A program made the position numbers and the translations under genes. A stretch of DNA of 64,000 nucleotides. Source: Camelus ferus (taxonomy: Eukaryota). The DNA is taken from the NCBI RefSeq assembly GCF_009834535.1, contig NC_045696.1, forward strand, positions 58,840,001 through 58,904,000. Reading direction: 5' to 3'. Each line of letters begins with the position of its first letter. Position 1 is the stretch's first letter. Under the pieces are notes generated by a model. It was not told the DNA's origin and did no database searches. It was given only the letters and a program-made list of their open reading frames with translations. Positions 1-13,949 of this stretch are shown here, piece by piece.

Positions 1-285
1 TTTCCAGTAGCCCTGTATGGAGAGGACCAGGTAGTGAGGAACTTAGGTCTCCTGCCAATAGCCATGTGAGTGAGTTATCGTAGAAACACATCCTCCTGTT
101 CCAGTCAAGTTTTCAGCTGACTGCAGTCCTGACTGGCATTTGACTGCAACTACGAGAGACTGAGCCAGAACCACCCAACTAAGCTGCTTCTGAATTCCAG
201 ACCCACAGATTGTATGAGATAGGACATATTTGTGATTTTGTCACTCAGTTTTGGTGTAACTTAATGTGTCAATGAACACAGGAAC
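1..285 (+). mobile_element. MaLR LTR fragment (MLT1-like), cut by the window edge
   Basis: MLT1-like motifs such as 'gagccagaaccacccaactaagctgcttctgaattccagacccacaga'. Recognised by eye. Confidence 0.6.
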
Positions 286-299
286 CTTTCATCAGAACC

Positions 300-525
300 A
301 TATTTTCAATATAAAATTATATTTTAATATATTTTGTATAAAATATATAAAATTATATGTCATTACATAATTATACAAATTGTATATATATAATTACATG
401 TAACTATATACAGACACATGTAACTATATATATAACTATATATAACATACATATATATGCACTACATGTAATATGTAATTATTTAACTATATGTAACTAT
501 AAATTGTGTAAATAATTATTTAGAT
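300..525. repeat. AT-rich low-complexity tract with degenerate 'taactatata/tacatgtaa' units
   Basis: Strongly A/T-dominated, with repeated taactata and acatgtaa words. Confidence 0.7.
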
Positions 526-1674
526 TGCCTGTTCATTCCCAGGAAGCAGTAATCATTTTAATCACTGCAGAACGGCAGAATAACATATCCCCAATGTCCT
601 TCAAAAGCCACCCTACTTACTTAATCAAAAATTAAACAACATATGTTAAACATACAGACATGTAGAAAGATTATTCCTGCCCTAAACTGTCATATATTCT
701 ACTTTTTCTCTTTTCTTATAAGTCAATAAAGAAATAACACATTCCAGTTCCAAAAATCTATCATAAGAACAAGCTGTCTATTTGATTCCTAACAGTCTAT
801 TCAAGGTGCTAATCTGCCATTATTTATAGACTCTTGATTCCTTTCTGAGCAGCTGTCATTAACAGAGTAACTTAAGAATTCAAAACACTCTTTATTCAAC
901 TCAACTGCCTCCTGGAATTGCTAGTTATGCACCTCAAAGTTACAACTGTGATAAAAGCTAAAGATGAATCCAGCCTCAAGAAGGCTGTGAAAAAGAGCCG
1001 CCATTATATACACCAAGATTAGCTAATGCTCACTGACTGATATTCCTTTAAAGCCCTCATTCCTAATCATTTGGACCTCTTTTATCAAATTGGAAGCTTT
1101 CTGGGGGTGTTTTCTGCACCAGTGTTTTAACTGTTTGTGGCTTTCAAAGCACTCCAGAGCTGTTGTTTGAACACCCATGTGTGTCCAGAAGACAAACAAC
1201 AGTGTACCTTTTGGTGTACAAGGGGAAGGGGAGAAAACAGTAAGTTGGCTTCTAGTCTAGAAGTATTTGATACTTTGCCCACCCCATTCTCCCCTGCCCC
1301 AGGAATTTAGAAATGGCACTCTGGCCTCAGGCTGTCTCATCCTAACTCAAATTCTCTAAAGGAAGAAGAGCAGGAGCATGACCATATCTGGGCAGTGAGG
1401 GCTGAGAAGAGCCTGAGAACAGGAAATGCAGAGGGGACAAATGAGGAAGAAAGTGGATAAAGAGAAATGGAGAAAATGAGCAAAACTGAAGAATAAGGAA
1501 AAACAGAGGGGGAGAAGAAAAGGCAAGAAGAGAAAGAGGAGTAGAAAGATTTCAGAGTAGGACATGAGAGCAAAGAGAGAATAAAAACATGGAGAGGCAG
1601 AGAAACAACGTCTCCTCAAGGGAAAGAGAGAGTGAGACGCAGAGGATAAATGGTGCAAAAGGCAAAGAAGAGAG

Positions 1675-2455
1675 GAGTCAAGGCTTACCCCCAGGTTTCT
1701 GATTAGGCAGCTAGTATAAACTGGGAATGCCAATAAGAGATCCAGAGAATAGGAGAAAAAGCAGGTCTGACCCATAAAATGATGACTTAAGCTTTATACA
1801 TGTTGAGTTTGTGTTGTGTGCAGAGTAACCAAGTGGCAATGTCCAACTGGGCAGCTGGAATGGAAACTCAGAAGATGGGTGTGGCCCAGAAGAGAATATA
1901 TGGGAGCCAGTGAAGCTATGAGGAAGGTATGGTGAGGTCAAAGAGAGAGATTGCACAAGGGAAGAAGAAGATGTCTAAGGACAAAAGCCCAGGAACACCA
2001 ATATTTGAGGGACATGGGGAGAAAGAAGAGCCCACGAAAGAATCCAAGGATAGGTGCATATGACCTAAAGCATAGGAAGAGAGCTTGGAGAGAGAATGGG
2101 CAGGTGGACGAGTGAATAAACACCCCTACTATGAGGGGCAGCAAGGGGAGTGCTATCCTTATGGAGCATCAGGTTTCCATTAAGGTAAGAAAGCTGAGGA
2201 ACTATTCCATGAAGACAGAGGTGAATTTGTTGCCAATGGCAAAAGGTTCCAAAAAGCACCATCACCTCTCCTTCTGTACTCCTAGATTCCTTTGAACTTA
2301 TCCTTTGAGCAAAACTTTTGTCACATTGTGCTTCATGTCTGTGCCTTTGGCTTGAGAGCAGGATGGGGTCTGCTGATACTTGTATTCTTGGTGCTTAGTC
2401 AGTGCAGTGCCTGTCACCCAGCAGAAACTCAATAAATGCTTGGAGGTTTTCTGAA
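1675..2455. mobile_element. Ancient LINE-2 fragments
   Basis: L2-like text 'ccaggtttctga...catgttgagtttg' and an L2 3'-end-like 'cagtgcctgtcacccagcagaaactcaataaatg'. Confidence 0.5.
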
Positions 2456-3149
2456 GGGCAATGGGAAGTAAGCATTAGCAAAAAGTCAATACCTTTGACC
2501 TATTTCTATATATTTATCAACAGAGACTAGTCACAGTTCTACAAAGGTTTAGCTATAGGTGTAGTTGTAATTTGCACATTTTAAAGCTACCTAAACACTC
2601 AAAGAGAGCACCGGTTAAAAATCACAACATATCTATATAATGAATACTATATATCCTCCAAAAATCTATATAGACCATCAATAACAAATAAAGCTATATG
2701 AAGCCTACATGTTCAGCACAACTAAAAGATACAGATGACTACAAGCTCAAATCACATTTAAGCAGAAATATAAAGACCAAATTCCAGCAAAGCAATGTCT
2801 TGAGCCCCACTGCAAATCTTTATGGAAAGTCAGAGTTTGGAAAAATAGCTTGTTAGCAAGAAGAAAGGAACAAAGGGCCTACATTTGAGCTTAAAATTCC
2901 CCCAGGAAGAGGAAGTCCACTCTAAGCACAAAAACTCTGAGAAAAACACCTTGTCAATTAGACTACTAACTACGGAGAAGGGAATTACTTAAATCTGTGG
3001 GACGTGAGTGGCAATCTCAAAAAGGCATTACTTCTGGGGAAGGAATAGGTAAAAAGGGAAGGAGATGTCTGCTGGTGAGTGAATGGAGAAGGAGAAGAGA
3101 GAGAAGAGGAAATTCGCATCCCTATAATACAAATGAGAGCGAAAAATTG

Positions 3150-6100
3150 ACAGCCCGAAGTTATCGGAAGGAAGGAGATAATAAAGATTAGAGCAGAAGT
3201 AAATAAAATAGAACTAGAAAAACAATAGAAAAGAATGAAACTAAGCTGTTTTTAATAAAAGATAAAATTGACAAATCTTTAGCTAGACTAAGAAAAAAAG
3301 AATCAAATAAATAAAATTATAAGTGAAAAAAGAGACATTACAGCTGATACCACAGAAATACAAAGGATCTCAAGAGACTAGCAGAAACATTTATATGCCA
3401 TGCTAGAAGAAATGGATAAATCCCAGAAATACAACCTATTAAGACTGAATCGAGAAGAAAGAACATCTGAACAGACTAATGAGTAAGGAGATGGAATCCA
3501 TAATCAAAAACCTCCTAATGAGGAAAGCCTAGGAACTGATAGCTTTACTAGTTGAGTTCTACCAAACATTTAAAGAAGATTTAATGTGACTCTCAAACTC
3601 TTCCAAAAAATTGAAGAGAACACCTCTAAACTCAGAAAAGGAAATGATAGGCCAATATATCTGATGGACACAGATGCAAAAATCATCAATAAATACTAGC
3701 AAACCAATTCAACAGTACTTTAAAAGGATGACACACCATGATCAAATGCGATGTATTCCTGGAATGCAAGAATGATTCAACATATGAAAATCAATAAATG
3801 CAATACACTACATTAACAAAATAAAGGATAAAAATCACACAGTCATCTCAATATGAGACTGACGCGCTGCCTGCTGCGCCAAGAGGGCAGATCACAGTCA
3901 TCTCAATAGATGCAAAAAAGCATCAGACAAAATTCAGAACATTTTCATGAAAAAAAAATCTCAACAAATTAGGTACAGAAGGAATGAATCTCAATATAAT
4001 AAAGGTCATTTATGACAAACCCACAGCTAACATCATATTCCATGGTGAAAAGCTGAAAGCTTTTTCTCTAAGATAAGGAACAAGACAAAGATGCCAACTT
4101 TCACCACTTATTTTCAATACAGTACAGGAAATCCTACCCATAGTAACTATGCAAGAAAAAGAAATGAAAGGCATTCAAACCAGAAAGAAAGAAGGAAAAT
4201 TATTTTTGTTTGCAAATAACATGATCTTCTATGCAGAAAACTCTAAATTCCACCCCCAAAAAAAAAAAAAAAAAAGTTCATTAAAGTTTCAGGACACAAA
4301 ATCAACAAAGAAAAATCAGTTGTGTTTTTACACACTAATAATGAACTATCCAAAAAAGAATTAAGAAAACAATCATATTTACAATAGCACCAAAAATATT
4401 AAAATACTTTGGAATAAATTTAACTAAGGAGATAGAAGATCTGTACACTGAAAATTATAAAACACCGATAAAAGAAATTGAAGACACAAATAAATGGAAA
4501 GATATCCTTTGAAAGAATTAATATTGTTAAAATATCCACACCACCCAAAATGATCTATAGAGTCAATGTAATTCCTTTCAAAATTCCAATGGTATTTTTT
4601 TACAGAAATAGAAAAAAAATCCTAAAATTCATATGGAGCCACAAAGAACCTTGAAAAGCCAAAGCAATCTTGAGCAAAAACAAACAAGCAAAACAACCCA
4701 AAACAAACAAACTACAAAGCTGGAGGCATCACACTACCTGATTTCAAAATATACTATAAAGCTTTGGTAATCAAAACAACATGGCACTGGCATAGAACAA
4801 ACATATAGACCAACGGAACAGAACAGAGAGCCCAGAAATAAGTGCATACACTTATCGTCAACTTATCTTTGAAAAAGTTGCCAAAAACACATAACAGGGA
4901 AAGAACAGTCTCTCCAGTGATGGTGCTGGGAAAATTGTATATCCACATGCAGAGGAAACAAAGTAGACCCTTATGCCAGACCATGTAAAAAATCAACTCA
5001 AAATGAATTAAAGATTTAAAATATAAGATCTGAAATTATAAAACTACTAGATTAAAGTACAGGGAAAAAGCTTCTTGACAATGGTTTGGGCAACTTTTTT
5101 TGGACATAATCCCCAAAGCACAGGCAACAAAATAAAAATTAGACAAATGGGATTGCATCAAACTAAAAGGCTTCTGTACAGCAAAGGAAACAATCAACAG
5201 AATGAAAAGACAACCGACATGATGGGAGAAAATATTTGCAAATAATACATTTGATAAGGAGCTAATATCCAAAATATATAAGGAACTCAAACAACTCAAT
5301 AGCAAGAAAACAAATACCTAAGTAGAAAATAAGCAAAAGACCTGAATAGGCATTTCTCAAAAGAAGACATACAAATGGCCAACAGGTACATGAAAAAAAG
5401 CTCAACAACATTAACCATTAGGGAAATGCAAATCAAAACTACAAGAGATACCACTTCACACCCATTTAAAAGGCTATTATAAAAAAGCTAAAAGATAAAC
5501 AGTGGTGGCGAGGGTGTGGAGAAAAAGGAGTTCTTATACATTGTTGGTAGAAATATAAATTGGTACAGCCATTACAGAAGATGGTAGGGAGATTCTTCAA
5601 AAATTTTAAAATAGAATTACCATATGATCCAGCAATGCCACTTCTGGGTATATACACAAAGGAAATGAAATCAATATCTTAGAGATGCCTGCACTCCCTT
5701 GTTCATTGCAGCATTATTCATAACAGCTAAGATATGTAATCAACCTAAGTGTTTAAAGATGGATGAATGGGTAAAAAGAATGTGATACACATACCTTTGA
5801 ATATTATTCAGCCTTAAAAGAGAAGGAAGTTCTGTCACTTGCAACAACATGGGTAAACCCGGACATTATACTAAATGAAATAAGCCAGACAAGAAAGAGA
5901 AATACTGCATGATCTCATTCATAGGAGGAATCTTAAAAAAAAGTCAAACGCATAGAAGAAAAGAACAGAATGGTGGTTACCAAGAGCTGTGGGATAGGGG
6001 AAGAGCCGAGGTGTTGGTCAAAGAACACAAAGATTCAGTTGTGCAGAATTAGTAAGTTCTGGAGAACTAATGTACACTATAGTGACTGTAGTTAATACCA

Positions 6101-6300
6101 TTATACTGTAAGCCTGAAATTTGCTAAAAGAGTAATCATAAACATTCTCAGTATGAGGAAAAAAAACCCCCCAATAACTGTGAGGTGTGTTAATTAGCTT
6201 GATCGTGGTAATCATTTAACAATTTTTATTTATATTGAAATACCACATTGTGTACTGTAAATATATATAATTTTTCTACCTCAATAAAGGTGGAGAAAAT
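3150..6300 (+). mobile_element. 5'-truncated degenerate LINE-1 (ORF2 RT and C-terminal region plus 3' UTR)
   Basis: Continuous L1 ORF2 homology ('tcatctcaatagatgca', 'gaaaagctgaaagc', 'atatgatccagcaat') ending at aataaa near 6283, with many stops and frameshifts. Confidence 0.9.
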
Positions 6301-6309
6301 CCTTATGGT

Positions 6310-7720
6310 TCTCAGGTAAAAAGACAGACTATCTTAAAAGGGCAAGACAATTAGGTTGGCATCAGACTTCCCAGGAGAAACATATAAGCAAGGCAATAAT
6401 GGGGCAATATTTTTAAGAAATTCAAGGGAAGAAAGTGTGAACTAAGGATTTTATATCTAGCAAATCAGCACTTTAAATATCAAATCTGTATACAAAGTCT
6501 TAAACATGTATGAACTAGGGAAATACTGTGCCCACCAGCTCTGGACAAGGCCTGACTACTTTTTACTCAGGTCATTTCTTAGGTTTGTGTTTGCACGGAG
6601 TAACCTTGAGGGATAAGGTAGCATCCACCCCTAAAATAAAGAGCAAGTTTGCTTCCACTTACCATAAAAGCAATATATTCCCCAAGTTCCATGTTCCTCT
6701 CCTATAACACAAACCACTACATGCTGCCAGCATCCAAGAAACAGTAACCAGCTAACTTGTTAACTTACAAGTAAGATAAAAAATCTCAGACCCTTCATAG
6801 TCCCTAACACTACAAGAGGGTGAGTTTCATCCAACCAACGTTAACAGGAAAAAGACTGATAATAAACATTTAATATTTTTAAGTGTAGACTTAAACAAAA
6901 TGGGGATAGGGGAGAAGAATAATATAAAAATCTTCTGTGTTTTGACAAAGTAAAAATAAAATAAGTAAAAAAATGGGACGAGGAGGTGGCAAAGAAGAAG
7001 GCAGAATAAGCTCACTGTTTGTTCTACTGGCGATAGGTGAGAGTCCAAAGAAATCTTAAAACCTGACAAACTAGACAGTAACAGGTAAAATAAGAAAACA
7101 GAAGACTATGGGGGCCTTTACAAAGGTATAAATACGAAGGTAACAACTGGAACAATAGCAAACCCTTCTAAACACTAAAATAAATATTTTAAAAAGCAAA
7201 GAAAACGTATCATGTATGTAAATACAGCAAATATAGTATATGTAGCAATTACAATGAAAATGTGACAGAGAAAAACCAAACATAGTATCATTTCAAGAAC
7301 TGTAAATGGACTTAATTCACCTACTAAAGGAAAGAGATTTCAAATTAAGTCACGAAACAAGGCCCAACTCTACATTAATACAAAAGTGATTCCAGAAAGA
7401 ACACAAGTAAAAGACATTTTTCAGTCCTAACAGCCATGATTCACAATGAAGATGTAACAATTACAAATATCTTTCACCAAATAACGAATACCTAACACTA
7501 AATAGCAGCAACTATCTTTGTTAAAGCAGAAGCTATGGAAGAAGGAAGGAAAATTAGAAAACACATTAATAGCTGGAGACTTTAACATTCCCACTCAGTG
7601 AAACACAAGTCAAGCAGACAAAACATGAGGATACAGAAGACCTAAAAAAAAAAAAAATCTAGAACAATCTTATGGTTAAATACTGAATTTTACACCCTGC
7701 TAGTGAATATGAAGTAGAAA
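6310..7720 (+). mobile_element. Old L1M ORF1/ORF2-start fragments interrupted by an ERV1 LTR piece (MER34/MER39-like, ~6555-6810)
   Basis: 'gcatcagacttc...aaggattttatatctagcaaa' resembles L1 ORF1. The LTR piece ends '...aatctcagacccttcatagtccctaaca'. Confidence 0.5.
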
Positions 7721-7809
7721 GTGTGTATCTGTTCAAAATTGGTTTGGAAGAAGAACTGATGTGGGAAGGGCTTTATCATACTGAGTAGAGAACACAATGA
7801 ATGTCAAAC

Positions 7810-9640
7810 TGGAAGCCCTAGCTAGTGCAGTAAGATGAAAAAGAAGTAAAGTATACAAATTGGAAAGGAAGAAAAAAACCCATCTTTATTCACAGATGGC
7901 ATGATTATCTATGCAGAAAATCCCCAAGAATCTACCAGGAAAAAAAAAAAAAAAAAAAGACCTCCTGGAATTAACAAGCAAGTATAGCAAGGTTGCAGGA
8001 TACAAGGTCAATATATAAAAAGGCAATTGCTTTCTTACATACTAGCAATGAATAATTAGAATTTGAAATTAAAAAATAAATTTGTAATAACATTAAAAAA
8101 AGGAAATACTTTGGTACAAATCTAACAAAATAGGTACAGGATTTTTATGTGGAAAACTGCAAAACAATGATTGAAAAAAATCAAAGAAGTTCTTAATAAA
8201 CAGAGAGTTATTCCATGTTTGTGGGTTCAATGACTCAGTACTGTTAAGATGTCAGTTCTTCCCAACATGACTTACAGGTTCAACCCAATCTCAATCAGAA
8301 TCCCAGGAAGCAAAGTGGGGGTAATAGCTCAGTGATTGAGTGTAATGCTTAGCATGCACGATATCCTGGGTTCACTCCCCAGTACCTCCACTGAAAAAAA
8401 AAAAAAAATCCAAAAAATCCTAGGAAGCTACTTTGTAGATATAAAAAAGTATGGTATTGGCAAAATAATAGACATTTAGATCAACAGAACAGAATAGAGA
8501 GCCTAAAAATAAACCCATGCAAATATATCAACTTATCTTCAACAAAGGCACAAAGACAATTCAATGGAGAAAGGATAATCTTTTTTAATAAATGGTGCTA
8601 GAACAACTAAATGTCCATATCAAAAAAATGAATCTAGACACAGACTAAATATTTTTCACAAAAATTAACTCAAAATGGATCACAGACCTATCTCTACAGT
8701 GTAAAGCTACAAAACTTCAGGAAGAAAACACAGGAGAAAATCTATGTAATCTTGGGTTTGGTAATAAGTTTTTAGATACAACATCAAAAGCACAATCCAT
8801 GAAAGAAAAAATTCCTTCACAAAAGCAATTTTTCGGTTTTAAGCTGGTTAAGTGTTAAGTTAATTGGTTTTAAGCTAAACTTTTGTTAAGTTGGTTACAC
8901 TGGTATTTATTAAAATTAAAAACTTTTGCTTTGTGAAGGAGACTATAAAGAGAATGAAAAGACAAGTCACAGACTGGGAGAAAATATGTGCTAAACACAT
9001 CTCTGATAAAGGATTTGTATCCAAAATATAGTTAGAATTTTAAAATCTTAATAAAAACAAACAACTCAGTTAAAAAATGGGCAAAATATCTAAACAGAAA
9101 CCTCATCAAAGAAGATATACAAATGGCAAATAAGAGTATGAAAAAATGTCCACATCATTTGTCATTTGAGAAATGAACATTAAAATAAAGGAAATCACTG
9201 CACACACATTAGAATTGCTAAAATCCAAGATACCAACTGCTGGTGAGGCTGCAGAGTAACAGGAACTCTCATTCATTGCTGATGGGAATGCAAAATGGCG
9301 CAGCTAGGTGGAACAGTTTGGCAATTTCTTACAAAGCTAAACAGTCTCGCTATATGATCCAATAATTGGGCTACTTGGTAAATACTCAAGTGATCTGAAA
9401 ATGCAAAAAAAAATTTTATCCACACAAAACCAGCACATGACCATTTACAGTATCTTTATTCATAACAATCCCAAATCAGAAGCAAAGAAGACGTCCTTCA
9501 ATAAGTAAATGGATAAACTAACTGTACATTTATACGGTAGAATACTACTTAGAAATAAAGAAGAATGGACTATCAAACCATGCAAAGATACGGATGACTC
9601 TCAAATGCAGACTGCAAACCGAAAGAACATGAGGTCGGAA
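7810..9640 (+). mobile_element. Degenerate LINE-1 ORF2 3' half (L1M-type)
   Basis: L1 motifs 'gcaaggttgcaggatacaag', 'aattaactcaaaatggat' and 'gaagatatacaaatggc'. Confidence 0.85.
8312..8415 (+). mobile_element. tRNA-derived SINE (camelid Vic-1-like) inserted in L1
   Basis: A-box 'tagctcagtg', B-box-like 'gggttcactccc' and poly(A). Target-site duplication aatcccaggaagc (8299-8311) / aatcctaggaagc (8416-8428). Confidence 0.85.
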
Positions 9641-10427
9641 CTGTTATGAAAAGAAAAATATTAGTGGAAGAATGTTCAAGATGAAGTAAGAGGGTAAATT
9701 TCTTCCCCAGGAAAGCTGTACAGAACTATTAAAGACAGACCATATTATACAGATATTCCAAAGTGTTCTTGCTTCCTTTATTAACACATTATTTAACCAT
9801 TCAACTCCTGCCACAGAATCATAAATCAAAGAATTCTTTTGTTAAAAGATGACTCAAACTTTCACTTTTTGGTTCAATGGAATTAATTCAGTCACTCGGT
9901 GTTTCTAGCTTTGTTGGACTAACCTTTCTTTCGAAGCTAAGAACATAAGAGGCAGGTTTACTGACTTCAGACTGTCATAAACCATCTGACCAGAGAACTT
10001 CAGAGATACTTTGTTTGCCTCTACCTTTTTAATTAAGCAAATTAAGCAAATTTTTTATTTTAAAGATACCTTGTACCTACAATTAAGGAATACTTATAAG
10101 ATAATCTCCAGGGCAATGCAGAAAGTTTCAGATTTTGTTACCTAAAATATTAATGATCAAGTCATGAGACAGTGATGGAAAACCATCCACTTCTCTTTTC
10201 CCTGGTTAACTTGCTCATTCTTCAGTTTCAGCTACTGATTCATTACTGTCTATTTTTATTAGAGGTCCTCCAGAGGTCCTTAACTTCCAAGAATGTCTCT
10301 TTGCTAATACAAGTGCGCCATCTAGTGATGATCATGGGTAAATAAATGTATGCTATGGAAAGTGTGCATGTGTGCCCATCTCCTATCCCAATTCTGCTCT
10401 CTGATGGGGCTTTCCAAATGCACCGAG

Positions 10428-11068
10428 AGAGCAAAAATAAACAAATGGGATCTAATTACACTTAAAAGCTTTTTCACAGCAAAGGAAACCACCGACAAAA
10501 CAAAAAGACAACCTGCTGAATGGTAGAAAACATTTGCAAATGATACGACAGATAAGGGGTTAATATCCAAAATATATAAACAGCCTATACAGCTCAACAT
10601 CAAAGAAACAAACAACCTGATTAAAAAACGGGCAGAAGACCTGAACAGACATTTTTCTAAAGAGGACATGAAAAGATGTTCAACATCACTAATCACCAGG
10701 AAAATGCAAATCAAAACCACAATGAGATATTACCTCACACCTGTCAGAATGGCTATCATCAAAAAGAACACAAATAACAAATATTGGTGAGGATGTGGAG
10801 AAAAGGGAACCCTTGCACACTGTTGTTGGGAATGTAAATTGGTGCAGCCACTGTGGAGAACAGTATGGAGGTTTCTCAAAAAACTAAAAATAGAAGTACC
10901 ATATGACCCAGCGATTCCACTTCTGGGTATATACCCGAAAAAAACAAACACATTAATTTGAAAAAATAATGCACCCTAATGTTCATAGCAGCATTGTTTA
11001 CAATTGCCAAGATATGGAAGCAATCTAAATGTCCATCAACAGATGACTGGATAAAGAAGATGTGGAAT

Positions 11069-11100
<32 letters not shown>

Positions 11101-11555
11101 ACGCACACGCACACACACACACACAATGGAATACTACTTAGTCATAAAAAAGAATGAAAATTTTGCCATTTGCAGCAACATGGAGAGTACTATACTAAGT
11201 GAAACAAGTCATACAGAGAAAGAAAATACCATATGATATCACTTGTATGTGGAATCTAAAAAAAATACAACATACTAGTGGATATAACAAAAAAGAAACA
11301 GACTCACAGATACAGAGAACAAACTAGTGGTTACCAGTAGGGAGGGGAAGGTGAGAGGGACAGGAGGTTAAGAAGTACAAACTCCTATGTATAAAATAAA
11401 TAAGCTATAAGGAACTATTGTACAGCACAGGGAATATAGCCACTATTTTATAATAACTATATATGGAGTATAATCTTTAAAGATTGTGAATCACTGTATT
11501 GTACACCTGTAACTTACATACTATTGTATATAAACTATACTTCAATTTTTAAAAA
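10428..11555 (+). mobile_element. LINE-1 3' end (ORF2 C-terminus plus 3' UTR)
   Basis: ORF track 10979-11236 (MFIAALFTIAKIWKQSKCPSTDDWIKKMW) is the L1 ORF2 C-terminal motif. Ends 'aactatacttcaatt'. Confidence 0.9.
11069..11125. repeat. (CA)n / (CACACG)n compound microsatellite
   Basis: Directly visible. Confidence 0.95.
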
Positions 11556-13949
11556 GCATTGAGTGGAAGAATATACTAAAACTACTGTACTTGAACAAGT
11601 TTCCTAATACTCATACATAGGTATATTTAAATATCCAGCATATCCTCCTTTCGTATCACTGCTTAGATAACTGACCTTCATCTCTGAAGCTACATCAGTT
11701 TCAGAGAACTTCAGGTCATTCAGCTGTAAGGAATGCTAGAGATAGATAATCTATTATCTGGTCCAACTCCTAGCTCTTCAGATGTGAAAACTAACACCCA
11801 GAGGGTTGAGGCCTGACTTGTCACAAACTAATTGTGTTTCCAGTAGGGTTGGTTTGCCTTAGTTTGGTTCCTGATGGACTGGAAAAGAAGATAGGTTTAC
11901 CTTCCAGAGAAGATGTTTTAAATTCCTCAATAACAGGTTTTCATTCAAACCAAACCCTAGCTGTTCCTGCAAGGATGGCAGAAGGTAAAATTCCTTGATC
12001 TAGACTCTCTTCATTGCTTTCCCTTCTGATTGCTAATTGGGCACAGAAACCCTAAGGGATTATGTTTTGCCCACTAATCATCAATGAAAGAGCTGCTACA
12101 GCTTCCTGAGTGTTTGCTAGGTGCCACGCGGCATGCGTGAACTCTGGGTAAGTCCCGACCCACCTTCTCTGCTCAGGCACTTTGGGCTCCTGGTGGGCAT
12201 ACTTCTCCCTTCCCTTCATCTCAGTACATTCACTCAGAACAGAGACCAACTTACAGAGCTGGCTGTTTCAGGCAAAGGATATTTTACATACAAAATTATG
12301 TAGTGTGAAAATGCAAAGTTTATTCAGAGAACAGTGGCTGAAGCTTTGGGTATCAGGAGCAGAAGGTGCAGGCACTAAAACTGTTTTTGTTTCCTCTTCT
12401 CCCCCGGTCTAGAGGGGAGGAGGTAAAATGTGATCAGGAGGCAACAGAATGATGGAAGAGCCAAAGCAGAGGGAGACTAAGCTAGGCTGGTCTGAAGGGC
12501 TTAACTGATTTGGGAGATTACAGTTTGAACATGGTCATATGGTCTTGGTAGAGTTTCGGGATCAGGATGCTGGAAAATGACTGTACTTAATAAATGACAA
12601 AGACAGAGCTGAAAGGAAATAAAGGTTGACTTTGGCAACCTCCTACCAGGCCTCTAGCCTCCCCCCGGCACCCAGGCAGCCTCTACACAGCGGACACACG
12701 CTGGTCTGCTGGGCAAGGTTAGTCCACTTCCACACCTCAAGAGGCTTCTCCTTCCACTAAACACGCCCCCAGGCAGAAAGCAACTTCTGGATCTAAATCT
12801 GAACCATTTTTTATTCATGTTTGTGTTATTCATCCCCTTTTTGTTCTTCCTCACTATTGGTAAAGTTCATTTTTAAAACTGTCAATTAAGCTAAGAGGAG
12901 CCAAAGAAAGCAGTTTTGTTTTTGTGCCCAGCCATACCCCTGAGGGCCGGGCATAGGGGTGAAAGCAGAATTCCAGGTGAGCGAACCCAGGGGAATTGCC
13001 GCTCCCCTCCGGGATGCTCTCCTTTCAGAGTTCTCTTCTGCACAACACGGGGGGTTGTGGGTCTGGTTTTAGTAATACGTCATGGAGGTTCCTTCACAAT
13101 ACCGGACTGTTAATGCTTGAACCTCTCAAGGACGACGGGGTACTGTGGTTTGGAGAGGATTTAGTTACTCTAACTGGTGGGAGGGAAAACATTTCTGGTC
13201 GGAGGAGATGGGATCTTCTGGTGCTCACCTCCTCAGCAGCTGCTCCTTCCTCCTTGGCACCAATTTGTAACTTAATAAAATCAATCTGAAGCCATTTGTT
13301 ATCCACAGATATTAAGGTGATTGCAAATTTCTTAAAGTTCACTTTTTAAAAATAATTAAATAAAAGATTTAAGAGAGGAGTGCAAGCTGGAACATACAGC
13401 AAATATCTGAAACTACAAATCTGGGATATCTAAGTGAAAGGGCTTCTGTCCTTGTCTGTTGATGATATCAAAGTGCTAATATTCAACTTCAGACACAGTA
13501 CCCTCTGGGCTATGACTGAGCTCCTGTTCTACAGTTTTCAATCAAAAGAGAACTTCCAAAGTTATTTATATTGACAGTATAATTTCCAACACAAAAGTTC
13601 ACCAAATGCACAATGTCACATCTTACGAGGAGTATCAGTTCCAGTCACCCCACCTCCAATTTCCATCCCAACAAAGTGGGATAACCATACTCTGGAGTTA
13701 GCTGAGAATCACCATATCCAATATGCCTCTTCCACAGTCTAATCTTAAGCACAACACAGAAAAATTAATAATACTGCTTTCAATACAAACTATACCATAT
13801 GATTAAAGAAACAACTCTTCCTTGCAGTCCTGTAAAAGACACATCCCAATTGGACTTTTAAATTCTCATCTCCAAAAAGAAAAACACTGCATAAATGAAA
13901 GTATTACAAGTCTTTGGTTGAAGGTTGCAACCACAGCATTTAAGAAATC

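Noticed and set aside
1337..1775. Hydrophobic minus-strand ORFs resembling membrane proteins
   Set aside because: Reverse complement of purine-rich low-complexity sequence. They do not match HACD2 exon 4 (IVPSSVVLTSFQVMSR...), which I did not find in the window.
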